Positions 35,154 to 35,388 of a DNA stretch of 35,388 bases are shown one piece after another. How positions within the stretch are numbered: the first letter of the stretch is position 1; each line of letters opens with the position of its first letter. The stretch lies in the sequence record DRR723986_3494, one strand, 5' to 3'. A program made the translations under genes and the position numbers. Under the pieces are notes generated by a model, which saw nothing but the letters and a program-made list of their open reading frames with translations, was not told where the DNA came from and made no database searches.

Positions 35154-35388
35154 TCAGGTTTTTGGCAGCGTCACGCCGCGCTGTCCCTGATACTTGCCGC
35201 CCCGGTCGCGGTAACTCACCTCGCACACCTCATCAGATTCAAAAAACAGCATCTGCGCGACACCTTCATTGGCGTATATCTTCGCCGGCAGCGTGGTAGT
35301 GTTGGAAAATTCCAAAGTCACGTGACCTTCCCACTCGGGTTCCAGTGGCGTGACATTCACGATGATGCCACAGCGCGCGTAGGTGGAC
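35154..35388 (-). CDS. dcd: dCTP deaminase, 3' part (5' end outside the window)
   Basis: [31 protein letters not shown]...[12 protein letters not shown]. Confidence 0.97.
   Translation of the reverse strand, partial: STYARCGIIVNVTPLEPEWEGHVTLEFSNTTTLPAKIYANEGVAQMLFFESDEVCEVSYRDRGGKYQGQRGVTLPKT

Noticed and set aside
1-35388. CRISPR array, prophage, IS elements or anti-phage defence genes
   Set aside because: No regularly spaced repeats and no transposase, integrase, phage or recognisable defence proteins were seen. Nearly all of the sequence is accounted for by metabolic and core genes.

Overview
Chromosomal window from a Gammaproteobacterium. Gene content suggests a marine, Cellvibrionales/Spongiibacteraceae-like organism, but that is an inference. 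No integrase, transposase, prophage or CRISPR array is visible. From left to right: the 5' half of a tRNA-Arg(ACG) with a near-consensus sigma70 promoter; a paraoxonase-like lipoprotein; a copper-resistance operon (copL-like leader ORF, DUF411/copG, copA multicopper oxidase, copB); a module of TonB-dependent receptor, AraC regulator, Baeyer-Villiger monooxygenase and alpha/beta-hydrolase; a DUF2959 lipoprotein; an Lrp regulator convergent on an apparent operon of fused indolepyruvate ferredoxin oxidoreductase, Leu/Phe/Val dehydrogenase and class II DAHP synthase; a collagen-stalked phytase-like lipoprotein with a likely Pho box; a KstD-like flavoprotein; a Tag-like protein; a two-gene molybdoenzyme unit; ompA/oprF; and the core block hda, AI-2E transporter, DUF2066, purM, purN, DUF3108, dcd. 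Three leads stand out. (1) A stand-alone nitrate-reductase-like Mo enzyme with no Tat signal and altered active-site motifs, paired with a DmsB-DmsC fusion behind sigma54- and NtrC-like sites. (2) A copL leader whose Arg-Pro-Pro codons can base-pair with the next gene's Shine-Dalgarno in a nested hairpin, a candidate ribosome-stalling copper switch. (3) The ior-ldh-DAHP synthase operon. All family calls come from motif recognition by eye; no database searches were run.
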